DNA of 64,000 nt from Azolla caroliniana (Eukaryota; Plantae; Polypodiophyta): NCBI GenBank assembly GCA_043228905.1, contig JBHGNT010000012.1:7564001-7628000 (forward strand), read 5' to 3'. Made by a program: the position numbers and the translations under genes. The notes beneath the pieces are model-generated. The model saw only the letters and a list, made by a program, of their open reading frames with translations, did not search any database and was not told where the DNA came from. Each line of letters starts with the position of its first letter. The first letter of the stretch is position 1. Shown here one piece after another: positions 47,134 to 59,815 of this stretch.

Positions 47134-50100
47134 TCAACCAGAAGAAGGATATACACTGCAGCACAAGGGGTTATCAAGCTGAAGTATCTGATCAAAAGTC
47201 ATTCTTCCAAGCTCCACATTCAGCCATTTTCTACAAGCACTCAACAATGCAAGCTGAAGATCACAAGATGGCATCATGTTGATAATCGAAAATGCTGCGC
47301 CAAACTGCCCAGCAGATCCTAAACCCACCACCATGCAAGTGTAGTGCTCTAATTTTGGAGTAATATTGTATTTCTTGATCATATTCTCAAAAAGAATTTG
47401 AGTTTCAATCAACAGACCTGAGTGACAACAGGCATTCAAAACGCATAGGAAAGCAACTTCATTCGGTAAGATTCCCTCATTTTGTAGGCATTCAAAACAC
47501 GCCAATGCATTTGCCCCTTGTCCTTGTTGAGCATGCCCTGTGATTAGTGAGGTCCACACTATGACATCCCGGAAAAGAAGTCCATCAAGCAATTCATGTG
47601 CTTTCTGAACCATACCACATTTAGAATACATATCCACTAACGCATTGCAAAGTGCAATATTCTCCTCAAACAAGCCCCTAGTCAAAATTTCCTCATGAAT
47701 TTCCTTTCCCTTGTCTATAGCTCCTATGTTCCCACATGCCTTTAAGATACAAATGAAGGTGACAGCATCTGGAGAGTGACCCTCTCTTTGCATTCTCTCA
47801 AAGCAGTTCAGTGATTCATGAAACTTCTCTTGCTGTGAGTATCCTGTAATTAATGTGGACCAAGTAACTGTATCTCGAGTAGGAAGCCCATCAACTACCT
47901 CTTGTGCTTTTACAAGCACACCACATTTGGCATACATATCCACCAAAGCATTGCCGAGAACAAGATCTTTCTTCAGCAAAGCTCGCACCTCAATTTCCTC
48001 ATGAATTTGTTGGCCCCTGTCTATAGCACCTATAGTGCCACACGCCTTCAAGATACAAGAGAAAATGACCTCATCAGGAGGTATTCCCTCACTTTGCATT
48101 TGCTCGAAACAGTTCAATGCTGCATCGCATTGCCCTTGTTCGGCATAGGCTGCAATTAGAACATTCCATGTGATTGCATCCCGAATAGGAAGCTCTTCAA
48201 GCACCTGTTGTGCTTTGGCAACCAAACCACATTTCCCATACATATCCACCAAAGCAGTACCTAGGACGATATCTTTGTTCTTCATAAAGCCATTCCTCAC
48301 AATCTCATCATGAATTTTTTTGCCTTTGTCTATGGCTCCTATATTACCACAAGCCTTCAAGATGCAGATTAAGGTGATTGCGTCTGGTGAAAAACCCTCA
48401 CTTTGCATTTCCTCAAAAGTTTTCACTACCTCATAGAATTGCTCATGTTCAGCATATCCTGCAATAAGAGTGTTCCATGTGACTTCATTCCGGTCAGGAA
48501 GCTCGTCAATCACTCTTCGTGCATTCACAAGCATGCCACATTTGACATACATATACACCAAAGCGTTGCCAAGCATAGTATCTGTTTTCAAAAGACCACT
48601 CTGTATAATCTTTTCATGAACTTCTTTGCCCTTGCTGAGAGCTCCTATGGTCCCGCAAGCCTTCAAGATGCAAATGAAGGTGATTGTGTCTGGAGAGAAG
48701 CCCTCGTTTTTCATTTGTTCAAAGCATATGAGGGCTTGATATCCTTCTCCTTGTTGAGCATACCCTGCTATTAGTGCAGACCAAGAGACTACATCTCGTT
48801 TTGGAAGCTCTTCAAGAACCTCTTGTGCCTTAACAAGCATACCGCACTTGGCATACATATCCACCAAAGCAGTTCCAAGCATACAATCCGTCTCCAGAAA
48901 GCCCCTAGATACGATCTGTTTGTGAATTTTCTTGCCCTCACTCAGCGCTCCAATGTTGCCACATGCCTTTAAAATGCAAGTAAAAGTGATTGCATTTGGG
49001 GAGAAACCCTTACTTTGCATTTGATAATAACAATTCAATGCTTCCTCCCCTTTTCCATGCTGTACGAACCCTGCAATCAAAGCAGACCATGAAACTACAT
49101 CCTGATAAGGAAGTCCTTCAATGACTTCTTGTGCTTTTGAAAGAGCCCCACATTTGGCATACATATGGATTAAACTGCTTGCTACATAACGACTCCTTTC
49201 CAGTAAACCTTTTCTCAAAATATCAGCATGTAGATTAGTGCCTTTGCAAAGATCCTTGTTTTTGGCACATGCTTTGAGTAAGGTCACAATAGCAAAATCC
49301 TCCTTATAATTTTCAATTCTAATCACCTTTTCATGATTTTTATTCACCTTGGACATCACAATTGTTGTTCTCCTCAACTCTTCATAAACCCATGAAGGAT
49401 TGTACCATTCCCCAAGGTACAAAGACTCGTCAATAATTTTGTGCCCAAAATCTGGGAATTTCGTGCACTAATACAAAGAGCAAAAGAGAGGTTGAATGAG
49501 AGTCCATTTCGAGGTTTTCCTCACATGCGGATGGCTTTATTTTAGTTAGGGAGGCAGCTATGCTATGTCTGATACCAAATGTTATAGCTCAAAGCGTGGA
49601 ACAAAGTTTTTATAATTCATGTTTAACACACTTGTGGGGCAAGCTTATTCAGATAATTATCCATCCTATCTGCATTACTACTTGGATGTTACACTGGGTT
49701 TGTTGAATTATATTAAGCACTGACACCTCATCAATCCATATGGTAGGGTTGCAGAATAGCTACTCATAATTTGCTATTGCAAAATGTACACTCTAAGAAT
49801 ACATGTATGTGGGGATAAACTTACAGCTTGGGGTTGGTCATTGATTCTAACAACCTATGGTGCACCTGAAGTCTTACTGGAGGCAACCCTTTACCAGAAA
49901 TATATTAGCCTCCATTTGGACAATTGGTTGCATCAGCCCTATTCAATTACATAATAGTTATCTTGCTCTCATGCTAATATACTTGTGTTTCGGAGGTGTA
50001 GAGCTCTTACCTTAAGGTATTGCCACAAGTGGGATCATGGTCAAAATTCTGAATTCAACAAGCAATAAGGAGTGCAACATCTACGTATCAATCAGAAATG

Positions 50101-52912
50101 CAATGTGGAAGATCATCCACATAAAACAAATTGATAATGACACATGTAGAACGTTCAAAACAGATGGAGAAATCATTTGTCAAATATTTGTGTTCCCACA
50201 CCTCTATTTCATCAGCATGTAACACTTGCAATTTCATGCAGGGGCATAATATACTCAACCATAGTGAGCGTAGGAAAAGAACAAATTGAGTGCACACCAG
50301 TTCTGCCACCTAGCTGAAATCTAAGGAGATAAAAAAACAAACCAGTATGACCTACAAAAAGGGATTGTATCTCATATGGACACCATACCAGATCCATGTG
50401 GTTGAGGGTGAGGAACATTTCAAGATCAAATGCACCACATCTGTTGATATAGGGGCACAGTTCCACTAACCGATACACAATGCAACAATCTTCAATTTTT
50501 TTGGCAGTCAGCAAGAGGAAACTGTCTCCTGCAATAGATCACAGACCTGATTGACATGGAAATTCTAGTGTCACAAACATAGGAACTGATCTATGCGCAG
50601 AAAAAATCACCCATGAACTACATATCTAAGTCAAATGCTCCCCTTCTTGTCCATCAAAAAGAGAATTCTACCATGTAAGTATTTTCTACTCCAGGTCCCA
50701 TGAGCCGTCCCATTAGGGTCATCACTTGGCAACCATGGTGAGAACCAATGAAAGACAATGAGTTGATTTTTTCTCACCTTTTGATATTGTATTAAGAAAT
50801 CTCCACTGACATTAATAGAGCACAGTTCCACCGCCACGTATCTATGCCCACAGTAAGAGATGCCACCATATTGCCATTGTCGATATCCTAATACTGCCAA
50901 TGGTGCCATTGCCATTGGGCTGTGGACGAGATTTGAGGCACATGATAACCATGCCAATGATTGATAGCCATCAGGCGAGAACCGTGTGGTCATCCAGTCG
51001 AGCCAGGCCAAGTGATAATCGGGTCGATGGTCAATGGTCAATTACCAATATGAGAAAAAAGCCAATAACAAAGAGCCGAGTGATGGCCAATAGTCAGGCT
51101 CAGAATTCCGGATGAGCGAATGAAGGAACAACTATTTTTGCCGATAGACAGGCTGAGGATTCCGGACGAGCGATGGAGGATGAGTATGAAGATGAATATC
51201 GAGGATGACCATAAAGAGGAGAGTGAAGATGAGGGTGAAGAACGGATCAAGAGAGAATAAAGAGCGAGACAATGGAGAATAAAGAAAGGATCATAATATA
51301 AATACAGAGAAGGTGTGATTGACATGCACCCTTAGCCTAATGGGCAAGGCTCATGATGGTGTGTCAAGGGAATTGTGGGATCAAGTGCTTCAAAGAAGTT
51401 ATCCCGCAAACGTATCAGGACTTATCCATCCAACCAACTCTCCCAATGGAGTTGGGACATTGTGTAACTATGAGATCCTTAGTTACCCAGGTATTTTGTA
51501 ATCTATCCCATTCTTAAAGTACATGCAATCAGTCAATTCATCTAATCAAAACTTGGGCAACAGTCAAGACCAAAAGCCTATAAAAAGCCTTTCAGGTCTC
51601 TCTCTTTCATTAATAAAAGTATTATATTGCTCATCTCTCGTTCTCTTTTCGCAGGTTATAATGGAGAAGATTTGGTTTGACGTACAAACATTATACTGGT
51701 GTTTTGTGGATTTCAACAAGGCTTTCACCACATTCCCAATACTAAGTAGAAGAATGGAAGTCGGCAAAGCCCATTACAAGAAGTATTGGAGAACATGTGC
51801 CACTCACGCACAACCGGATGATGGAGAACTCTTGTATATCTAATTGAGGGTTTGGGTGAGACAGTATTTCATCAAGCTCAAGGCATGCAATGGAAAAAAC
51901 AAAAAAAAAGTTTTTCTAAGCCACCATTCATGGGTAGCACAACACTGTTCACCATAATGCTCAAGAAAATGGAAGAGAGCCAATACACTTTTACGCACTT
52001 CACAGAGTTTACAAGCACATATTGAAAGGAGGAACAATGACCCAAAATCACCTCCTCAAGGCCGCATCTGAAATTAGATGCTTACAACGAAAAAACCACA
52101 GAAGCAAATTTCTTTTATCTAGCTGGGTTCAAGACATCCAGAAACGGTCTGCAAAATAGCATGTGGAAGAATGCTTGAATGTGCATGTAGAAGAGAGGAA
52201 AGGAACAGGGGAAACATGAGTCCATGTTTTTACTCAGCACAGATGATTAATTTCTGAATGGTTCAAGACAAGTTAAGCTCTCCACATGAAGTGGGGAATA
52301 GCCCAACCTCGCTGTAAATTTGAATACAAATTTGGGAAATTTACAGAAGCTAGTTGGCCAATGCACAAGAGGATATCCATAGCTAGCATCCGGACATCCA
52401 TACCCAAGAGGGCAGCGAGATGTGCCATCACTCTAACGCTAACACACATGGAAAAAAAATAGGAATCATGGGGTAGCTGAACATTTGTGTGAAAAAAAAG
52501 AGAGATTTTGCTTGACCTATATGTTGCTTCATTTGCAAACCAGAAATATAAGAGCATGTCACACTGGATGATGTGCTGCTCACATATGAGGACAGTAGGA
52601 ATGATTTCCTCAAAAAACACAAGGTTGCCCTAACGTTCGTGAACTCTTAATTATTATGAAGACAGATCCATTACTGGAAAGACTAGGCATGATCATGCTC
52701 TTTTTGGCTTGTCCATTCAAACACAGACATTTTCGAGAACTAGGTTAGTTTTTTTTCATTCTGTTTTCAGGCAGTAAGTACATATGTTTCTTCTTTGGCT
52801 CCACTTGTTTGAGATTCTGACATTACAAGGCTGGGAAGAGCGTGATTGATTGGTTTCATCACCATTAGCATCAGGATCATCATCATCATCTTCTTCTTCT
52901 TCTTCTCTTATG

Positions 52913-52958
<46 letters not shown>

Positions 52959-53080
52959 CACATAGTTCTTACCTTCTTCGTCTTCTTCTTGCTAGAATTG
53001 ATGGTGTGCCAGAGGGAAGGGTCTCTGAAGTAGTGCTTCCACAGGAGGTCCATCTCTCTGCTTCGCTGTGATCTCGCCAT
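47134..53080 (-). CDS. PLS-class PPR protein with an N-terminal OSB-type PDF motif; truncated E domain, no DYW
   Basis: Exon 53080-52973 (AAG|gtaaga) splices phase 0 to exon 49467-47134 (ctttgtattag|TGC), giving 813 aa. Six L-S-P triplets (last P is P2), then L2-S2 and a degraded E1. A further in-frame exon 53274-53223 (with acceptor at 53103) is possible. Confidence 0.88.
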
Positions 53081-53668
53081 GGAATCATAGCCGGTTGATA
53101 TGCCTGACGAACAAGGGACCAAGGGCATACACAGCAAGAGTATCAAGATTCAAAAGCATAAAAAGCATAAAAAGCTAAAATCACCCCTCGCATTTTAAAA
53201 TTGTCAGAATTCCGAAAGCATACCCTTTCGGTTTGTGAAATTTCTCAGACCTACCCTTTCTTGTGTCCCTCCCATTCCAAAGTACTATACTATACAAGTA
53301 AACATCGGAATGCGTTGGTGCAGAGATCGGCAAAAAGCGCACCGATCTCTGTGTTTACAGATTTGCTGCTGCTCTCGCTCTCTTTTAATCCAACCGGAGA
53401 AATATATGGACAGCCCTAGTCGGAGCAGGGAAAACTTCATCATAACTTCTGCAGCGATGGGTGGAATCCGAGTTCCTAGTTAAGATCAAAAGAAATCTTC
53501 ACATTTTTCTATCAAAAACTCAGTCGCAGAGAATGGCTGCGCCATGCTTGCATTCGGACATACCCTACATCCTTACATCCCTTGCAAAGTCGTCTCTTTG
53601 CAGGTTCGCTTCTCACCATGTATTATATAATGTTCTGTTTTTGTATCTTCCACTTTGCTTCCCCTTCA

Positions 53669-53700
53669 AAACCCTAAAAATACAAATCGCTAAACCCTAA
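53669..53700. promoter_or_regulatory. Two telo-boxes upstream of the PPR gene
   Basis: AAACCCTAA at 53669-53677 and 53692-53700. Confidence 0.45.
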
Positions 53701-54049
53701 AACACAAAATCCGAAAACCCAATTCCTAAAAACGTATACCCTAAAATTTCAAACTCTGATAATGCTATATGGGGGGAATGTGATGTTTCGTTGGATAAAG
53801 ATCCATGGAGAGTTTCTGCTATTATCTCGCTCTAATGGCTCTGTGTTGTTCTATGCTTATGCTCTTATCTGCTGCCATTGCCTTCCTCACTGCAAGATTA
53901 TACATTCCTTTTATCTTTGCTCTAATGGCTCTGTGTTGTTCTATGCTTATGCTTATACATTCCGTTAGTTTACAACCCTCTTATTGTATAAATGTACACA
54001 CACAATGGGATGTTCAACCCATCTTTGTTCTGGGTCTAGAAGGTGTGCC

Positions 54050-56700
54050 CATGAAAGCCATTACTTTTCTTAAAAGATAAAGATGGTGAAGAAGTAGAAG
54101 GAAATTCTCTTAAGTTGGATCATCACATGAATGGCACATAGTTGGGCATGATGGGGTCACCATACTCTTGCTTCAGAGAATGGTATAAATGATGCTAGTC
54201 ATGTTGTTCATGATACGAGTGAACTCAGATGCTAACCATGGTATGTATGATGGTATTCATGTTAATATAGGAAGGCGATATCATCATACATGTCAAGAGG
54301 ATCATCGGAGTGGTGCTTACTACAGAAACCAAGATTGGTGGTACCCTAATGTGATTCTGGATGATCTGCCTCCCGACAATGATGGGCCACTGGATGAATT
54401 TAATATGGGAAGGCGATATCATCATACATGTCAAGAGGATCATTGGAGTGGTGCTTACTACAGAAACCAAGATTGGTGGTACCCTAATGTGATTCTGGAT
54501 GATCTGCCTCCCGACAATGATGGGCCACTGGATGAATTTAATATGGGAAGGCGATATCATCATACATGTCAAGAGGATCATTGGAGTGGTGCTTACTACA
54601 GAAACCAAGATTGGTGGTACCCTAATGTGATTCTGGATGATCTGCCTCCCGACAATGATGGGCCACTGGATGAATTTAATCTTCCTTTGTTCTCTGCAAG
54701 GTCAGCCTCTGAAATTAGCAGCATCTCTGATGAAGATCATCATGGCTCTAACCCATCTTTCAAGCAAAGATGGAATATATTGAAGACGATAAACGGTACG
54801 CTCTCGATGTGAGGTGATAGCAGGAGATAATGATGGAGATATTGGCATGGAAATGATGTCATATGAGGCAATTGCAGATAATATAGAAGCACAATTACAA
54901 GGTTCCATGGATAAATAGATCATGTATTCTCAATGACCTTGCTGAAAATGAAGGCTTCGGAAAAGGAAAGTATATGGCATCCCTCTTTGTCCAACCTCCG
55001 CCCTATGTGAACAGCTGACAATGTGTACAGAACAATTAATGGATAATGCAAAAATAGAACAAAATGCATCTTTGTCCAGCATACATGAAAAGATGGAAAT
55101 GACTACTAGTGAATGATTAACGGATAATACATTAAAGAAAGAATAACATTCATCTTCATTATCTACCCTATATGAAGAGGTCCTAATTCATAGACAACCA
55201 TTAATGAACTGTAAGGGGGCTTCAGAAGTGTTAAAGGGAATACTCATGATCCAAATTTACTGAAACAACTAGTATAGACAATTATGGACGTTTGGCTTTG
55301 TAAACTGGAACCATTGCGAGATGTCAAAGAAGAATATTTCTAGTTTGGAAATTTATATTCAGAGTGATGGTGGAGAACAAATCTTCTAGAGCGAGTTCAT
55401 TAACAAATAATGTTTTCCAGCAACTTGAAGGTCAAGAAGGTCAAGACCAAGGTATTAATATACCAAGCCATGTATTCCGATCCAATACTGAAGCTGATGT
55501 TATCCATGGGGGAAATGCAAAGCAAGTGCATCAGAAGAATGGTTTTTTGATGGGGAGCATTCAAACCAAGAAGTTTATCTGAAGAATGTTACTGATGGAG
55601 CTTTTGAAGGAGAAATTTTCTGTTTAAAATTGAGAGGGACAAATTTGCCTCCAAATAGGTGGAGGAGCTCTATGGAGAAATGCTATTTGTCACTGACCAA
55701 GCTGATACTAGGGGAACACACTGCTGAACCACCAATTTTGTCAAATTAGTTTGAACATGAGCTTGAGATCATGAAAACCTTGCATTAGTACAATCAGCAG
55801 TCCAGCTAGGATGTGGAATTTCACCTTGGCTATCAACTACAGAGGCAGCCCATTAGAGAAGGTTTCCCGTTGAACACTTGGACTGACTTCACCAATATTA
55901 AGCAGAGAAGCAAATAACTGTTGCAAGAGATTTCTCTGGATGATAACAAAGGCTCGAATATAGTGTGGGCCGATGAGTATCCATTGAATAATGAGCTTCT
56001 TGAATTAGGTAGACATGGATTGGGGTGTATATTCTCCACTGATAACAAGGAAATGCAATTCATCCAACACTTATGATATTGGAAGAAGAGCTATAGGACC
56101 TTTGGCAAAAGGATGAAAATTTATCGAGCCACACGAAGAAACTCATTCTTTGTTTTACAGTCCATGGGAAACAAAGATTACAACAAGTACTACTAGTAGT
56201 AGTGTAGATCCATGGATTAAGGATGGAGATCAAAATTCAAAGAGCAGATAGATGAGATAAGACATGGATATACACAGTGGAGAATTTTCTCCTATTGATG
56301 ATGCATATGAAGTTGGGACATTGTGTAGAGTGACATACTTTCATCATGGAAAACGTTTTTGAGAGATTGTTTGCAGAAATCTATGTGTCCTAAGCACAAA
56401 ACAATCATTGGGGTTGGTTCTACAGGGCAAGAAGGTCATTCCACCCCTCGACTGAGAATACATGGGATCGGAAGACACTTGTTTCCGTATCCTCTTGTAC
56501 CGAATGATAGATTGCACATGGTGGAGGTGGGTGGTGAGGTTCATGTGGCTTGTGTCAAGGTCTGAAGCACTGGATTCCGATAGCGAGATTTTTGAGAGAA
56601 GGCATCGAAAATGTGAGTTTCTCAAGGGAACCATGCGATGTTTGACACAACTTGGACCAGGCGGGTGTCGAAGAGAACATTTGAAGATGGGCATTTAGTA
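54050..56700 (+). pseudogene. Decayed long acidic ORF of unknown origin (probably TE-derived)
   Basis: Coding-like purine-rich composition across several frames, broken by stops; no domain recognised; boundaries approximate. Confidence 0.3.
54262..54680 (+). repeat. 3 x 138-bp in-frame tandem repeat (46 aa)
   Basis: Units start at 54262, 54400 and 54538 and differ by about 2 nt; within ORF 54189-54812. Confidence 0.95.
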
Positions 56701-58199
56701 GTGGGGTCTGAGTCCACTTTGCAAGCACAGGTATCTCTTCCGAGAAGGTAAAAAGTTTGTTAATGGAAAAACTCCGAAGTTCCCCATGTTTTTCCATTAT
56801 CTCTGCAAATGTCCCTTATGTTTTCGTTATTACCCCAAATGCCCTTGGTCGACCTTGTTTTAAGCAATGATATGCTCTATGTTTTGAGCAAATTATACAT
56901 GCTTAATCCATCCTCCTCTTTTCCTCAATTATATCAAATCATGTAATCGATTCATCTCCTTTTTCTTCCGTAAGGGGGGATTCGCCAGGGACACATTGGA
57001 AAATAATGAAAACGTAGAAGCATACGAGCGCATCGCACAACAAGTGAATTTGGGTTTTTTTGAGCACTTTCTTTTGCAGATTTGTGAGAGTGCTCTCAAA
57101 TGACAATGATATGACTATGGCAAGCTTGGCCGAGTATAATCGATGTTGTTGTAGCACAAAAGCATATAAGCATGGAGATCACTCTCAATGCACATAAATA
57201 GAGAGCTTTAAAACACACCGAACCGTAGTGGTGTTTTCAGAAGTCTTTTTGTTGGAATCGGAAAGCATCAAGAAACACCCATGGTTTTATATAGCAAATG
57301 ATTGGAGAATATAAATGCTATGTGTTAAAGATCAATAAAATTCTCTTGAGCCTAAGATTAAAGGAATATCAAGTAAACAAGCCTTTTCTTGATGATTGGC
57401 CATATGAAGTTGCTATAAGATTTACAATAGTTTCAAGATTTTTCTTCGCTTCTATGAAATGTGTTGCATTGGATGCATAAATTTCGTCAACCAAACTGCA
57501 TGTGTCATCATCATATCATATTGCCACAACAATAAGGCGAACGAAATTATGTTTGTAAGCCATCGCAATATCTTATTACTCTCTCACACATGTATATGTA
57601 TATATATATGTATTTTATATTATAGAATTGCTTTTTGGGACCCTTATTTGGACTCCTCACGTCACAAAGTGAGCCTTATCTATTCCATTTAATTCCTTTC
57701 TCAAAGATGTTTTTTAGCCTTTTTGGGATCTCATGTGGTTGGATTGTGTCAAAGACAAAGTAAAGATCCACATAAAGAATAGAGAAGAAAGTCAAAATGG
57801 CTCTTTCATTTGCCTAAAAAGAGAGTAGAAGACCCACTTTGTATCCCATATGCACAAATCTTTAAATTGCTCAAAAACAATCCAAATTTTCAAAAGGGGT
57901 GGACACCATAACACAAAAGATGTGATGCTGAGCCGAGGTTTAGACATGTAAGACAGATGCCTGAGACAATGAATATAGATTAGATTTAAGAAAAGAACTC
58001 TTGCCCACCTCATGGCAAGAGTTTGCACAAAGATGGAACTTGCAATATACAATGAAATGCGGAACAAAAGCTTTCATGGGGAACAATGCTTCAACCATAA
58101 CAAGGAACTTACTTAACATATGTAGTCATTGGGGGAGCGTTGATGGAACAACAGATAATCACTTACAAGTCATGATATCATGAAATCCGATACGCATTT

Positions 58200-59815
58200 T
58201 CACGAGTGATGGTTGTGCCTCCCAAAGTAGGTGATCGTCACATAACCTTCTTTCTCGGAGGAGAACTCGATTTGCTTCTTGATGGGGCACCCCAATTGAG
58301 CACATCGGTAATAGCTCCTGTCAAAATTTCAAAAAAAAAACAAGAAAGAAAGCTTTGAGAAATGTCTCGAAAATGCGGCACTCATTTTCGGCTGAATCCA
58401 TTCGAGAATGCTAATTTTCGGCTTAATCCATCCTAGAATGCACTAAATAATACTAAACAGCAATTGAAATTTGAAACCCAATATTGCCGAGCATGGATTC
58501 ATGGTGTAGTGGATGATGGATACTTTCATATATCTTTCCCTTAAATTCAATTTTTGGATGAGTGATATTATTGAGAAGAATCCCTCACCTTGGGAATTTC
58601 CTATCCTTGATGACTTTCTGACCATATTTCCGCCATATATAGCCATCATAGATTGAATCCTCAAGTTTCATAGTGAAGCATACGGCTGAATTTTCTTCCA
58701 CATTTGTAGCCTCAGAATGCATGTGGTCACCATTCACCCTATAAAACCAAATTCGAGCATTATGCATCGATTAATCAATCGATCATTAACAATAGGAGGT
58801 CAATCCATCCGCGATTAAGCAAATTCGAACTCATGCATATCGATTAATCATCTATCGCACATTTAACAATAGGTCCTATATCGATATCCCTGCTTAACCT
58901 ATGGTAAAACTAGCTAATGGAAAAGAAAAGAAAGTCTTGATCAAACAACAATTTGTATAGTTTTATATATACCTATAAAAGTCTAGTTTTATATGTATCT
59001 AGATATGAAACTGGCTCTTGGAAAAGAAAAGAAAAGAAAAGAAAGTCTTGATCAAACAACAATTATTTTTTGTTTTTGTGGGTTTGTTGAAGGAATCTCA
59101 CTCACTCCAGTGCATCCAAATCAAGAAGAGATTGTCCTGGAAGAGATGAACCCACGCTCGATTGTTGACATTCGATGCCTTCACCGTCTACAGTAACTAA
59201 CGATTGCATGTTATCGACATAATATATGAGCATTTCATCGGGCGAGGAGGCGGATCCCGAATCATGGTGATGGAAATTCAGTAAATCCCTGTAATAGTCT
59301 TCGATCATCCAAGAAGAAGAAGAAGTCAAGGAAGTAGAAGATCCGAGGACGAGATGGGGATGTGGGATGGGTACGGGTACGGGTACGGGGAAGGTGGGAG
59401 AATCAAGATGGGGGAGATTATGGGGTTCCTCGAGGCTCGATTCGGGCATTATGTCATCGGAGCCGGAGCCGGAGCCGGGAGTAGTAATGGAATGCAAAGG
59501 GGGCGTAATGGCGGGGGCACTATCATTGTCATTGTCATCATCATTGTCGGTATTGGCGAGCACCATCGGGGGCATTCCTCCTCCTCCGAGGAGATTGGAT
59601 TCAGAAGAATCGAAGGCCGGGACGAGGAGGAGGAGGAGGCTCGCAATGTCCGCGGACACGCCAGTGCCAGCGCCAGCGCCAGCGCCAGCGCCATCCATGG
59701 CGGAGAAGGAGGAAGAAGAATTGGATGAAGGATTTGATGAAGGATTTGATGAAGGATTTGAAGAAGAATTTGAGGAGGAGGAGGAGGAGGAGAAGGAGAA
59801 GGCTGAGTTTTCCAT
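58200..59815 (-). CDS. WRKY transcription factor, single domain, group IIc-like, 325 aa
   Basis: Exons 59815-59106, 58738-58589, 58317-58200. DGYIWRKYGQK, R-type intron in FPR|SYYRC, C-X4-C-X23-H-X-H zinc finger. Confidence 0.95.

Noticed and set aside
50000-52700. Short ORFs in the PPR intron as extra exons or a nested gene
   Set aside because: No recognisable protein except a small LINE-RT scrap (YWCFVDFNKAF ~51690); the direct 52973-49467 splice already restores a continuous motif.
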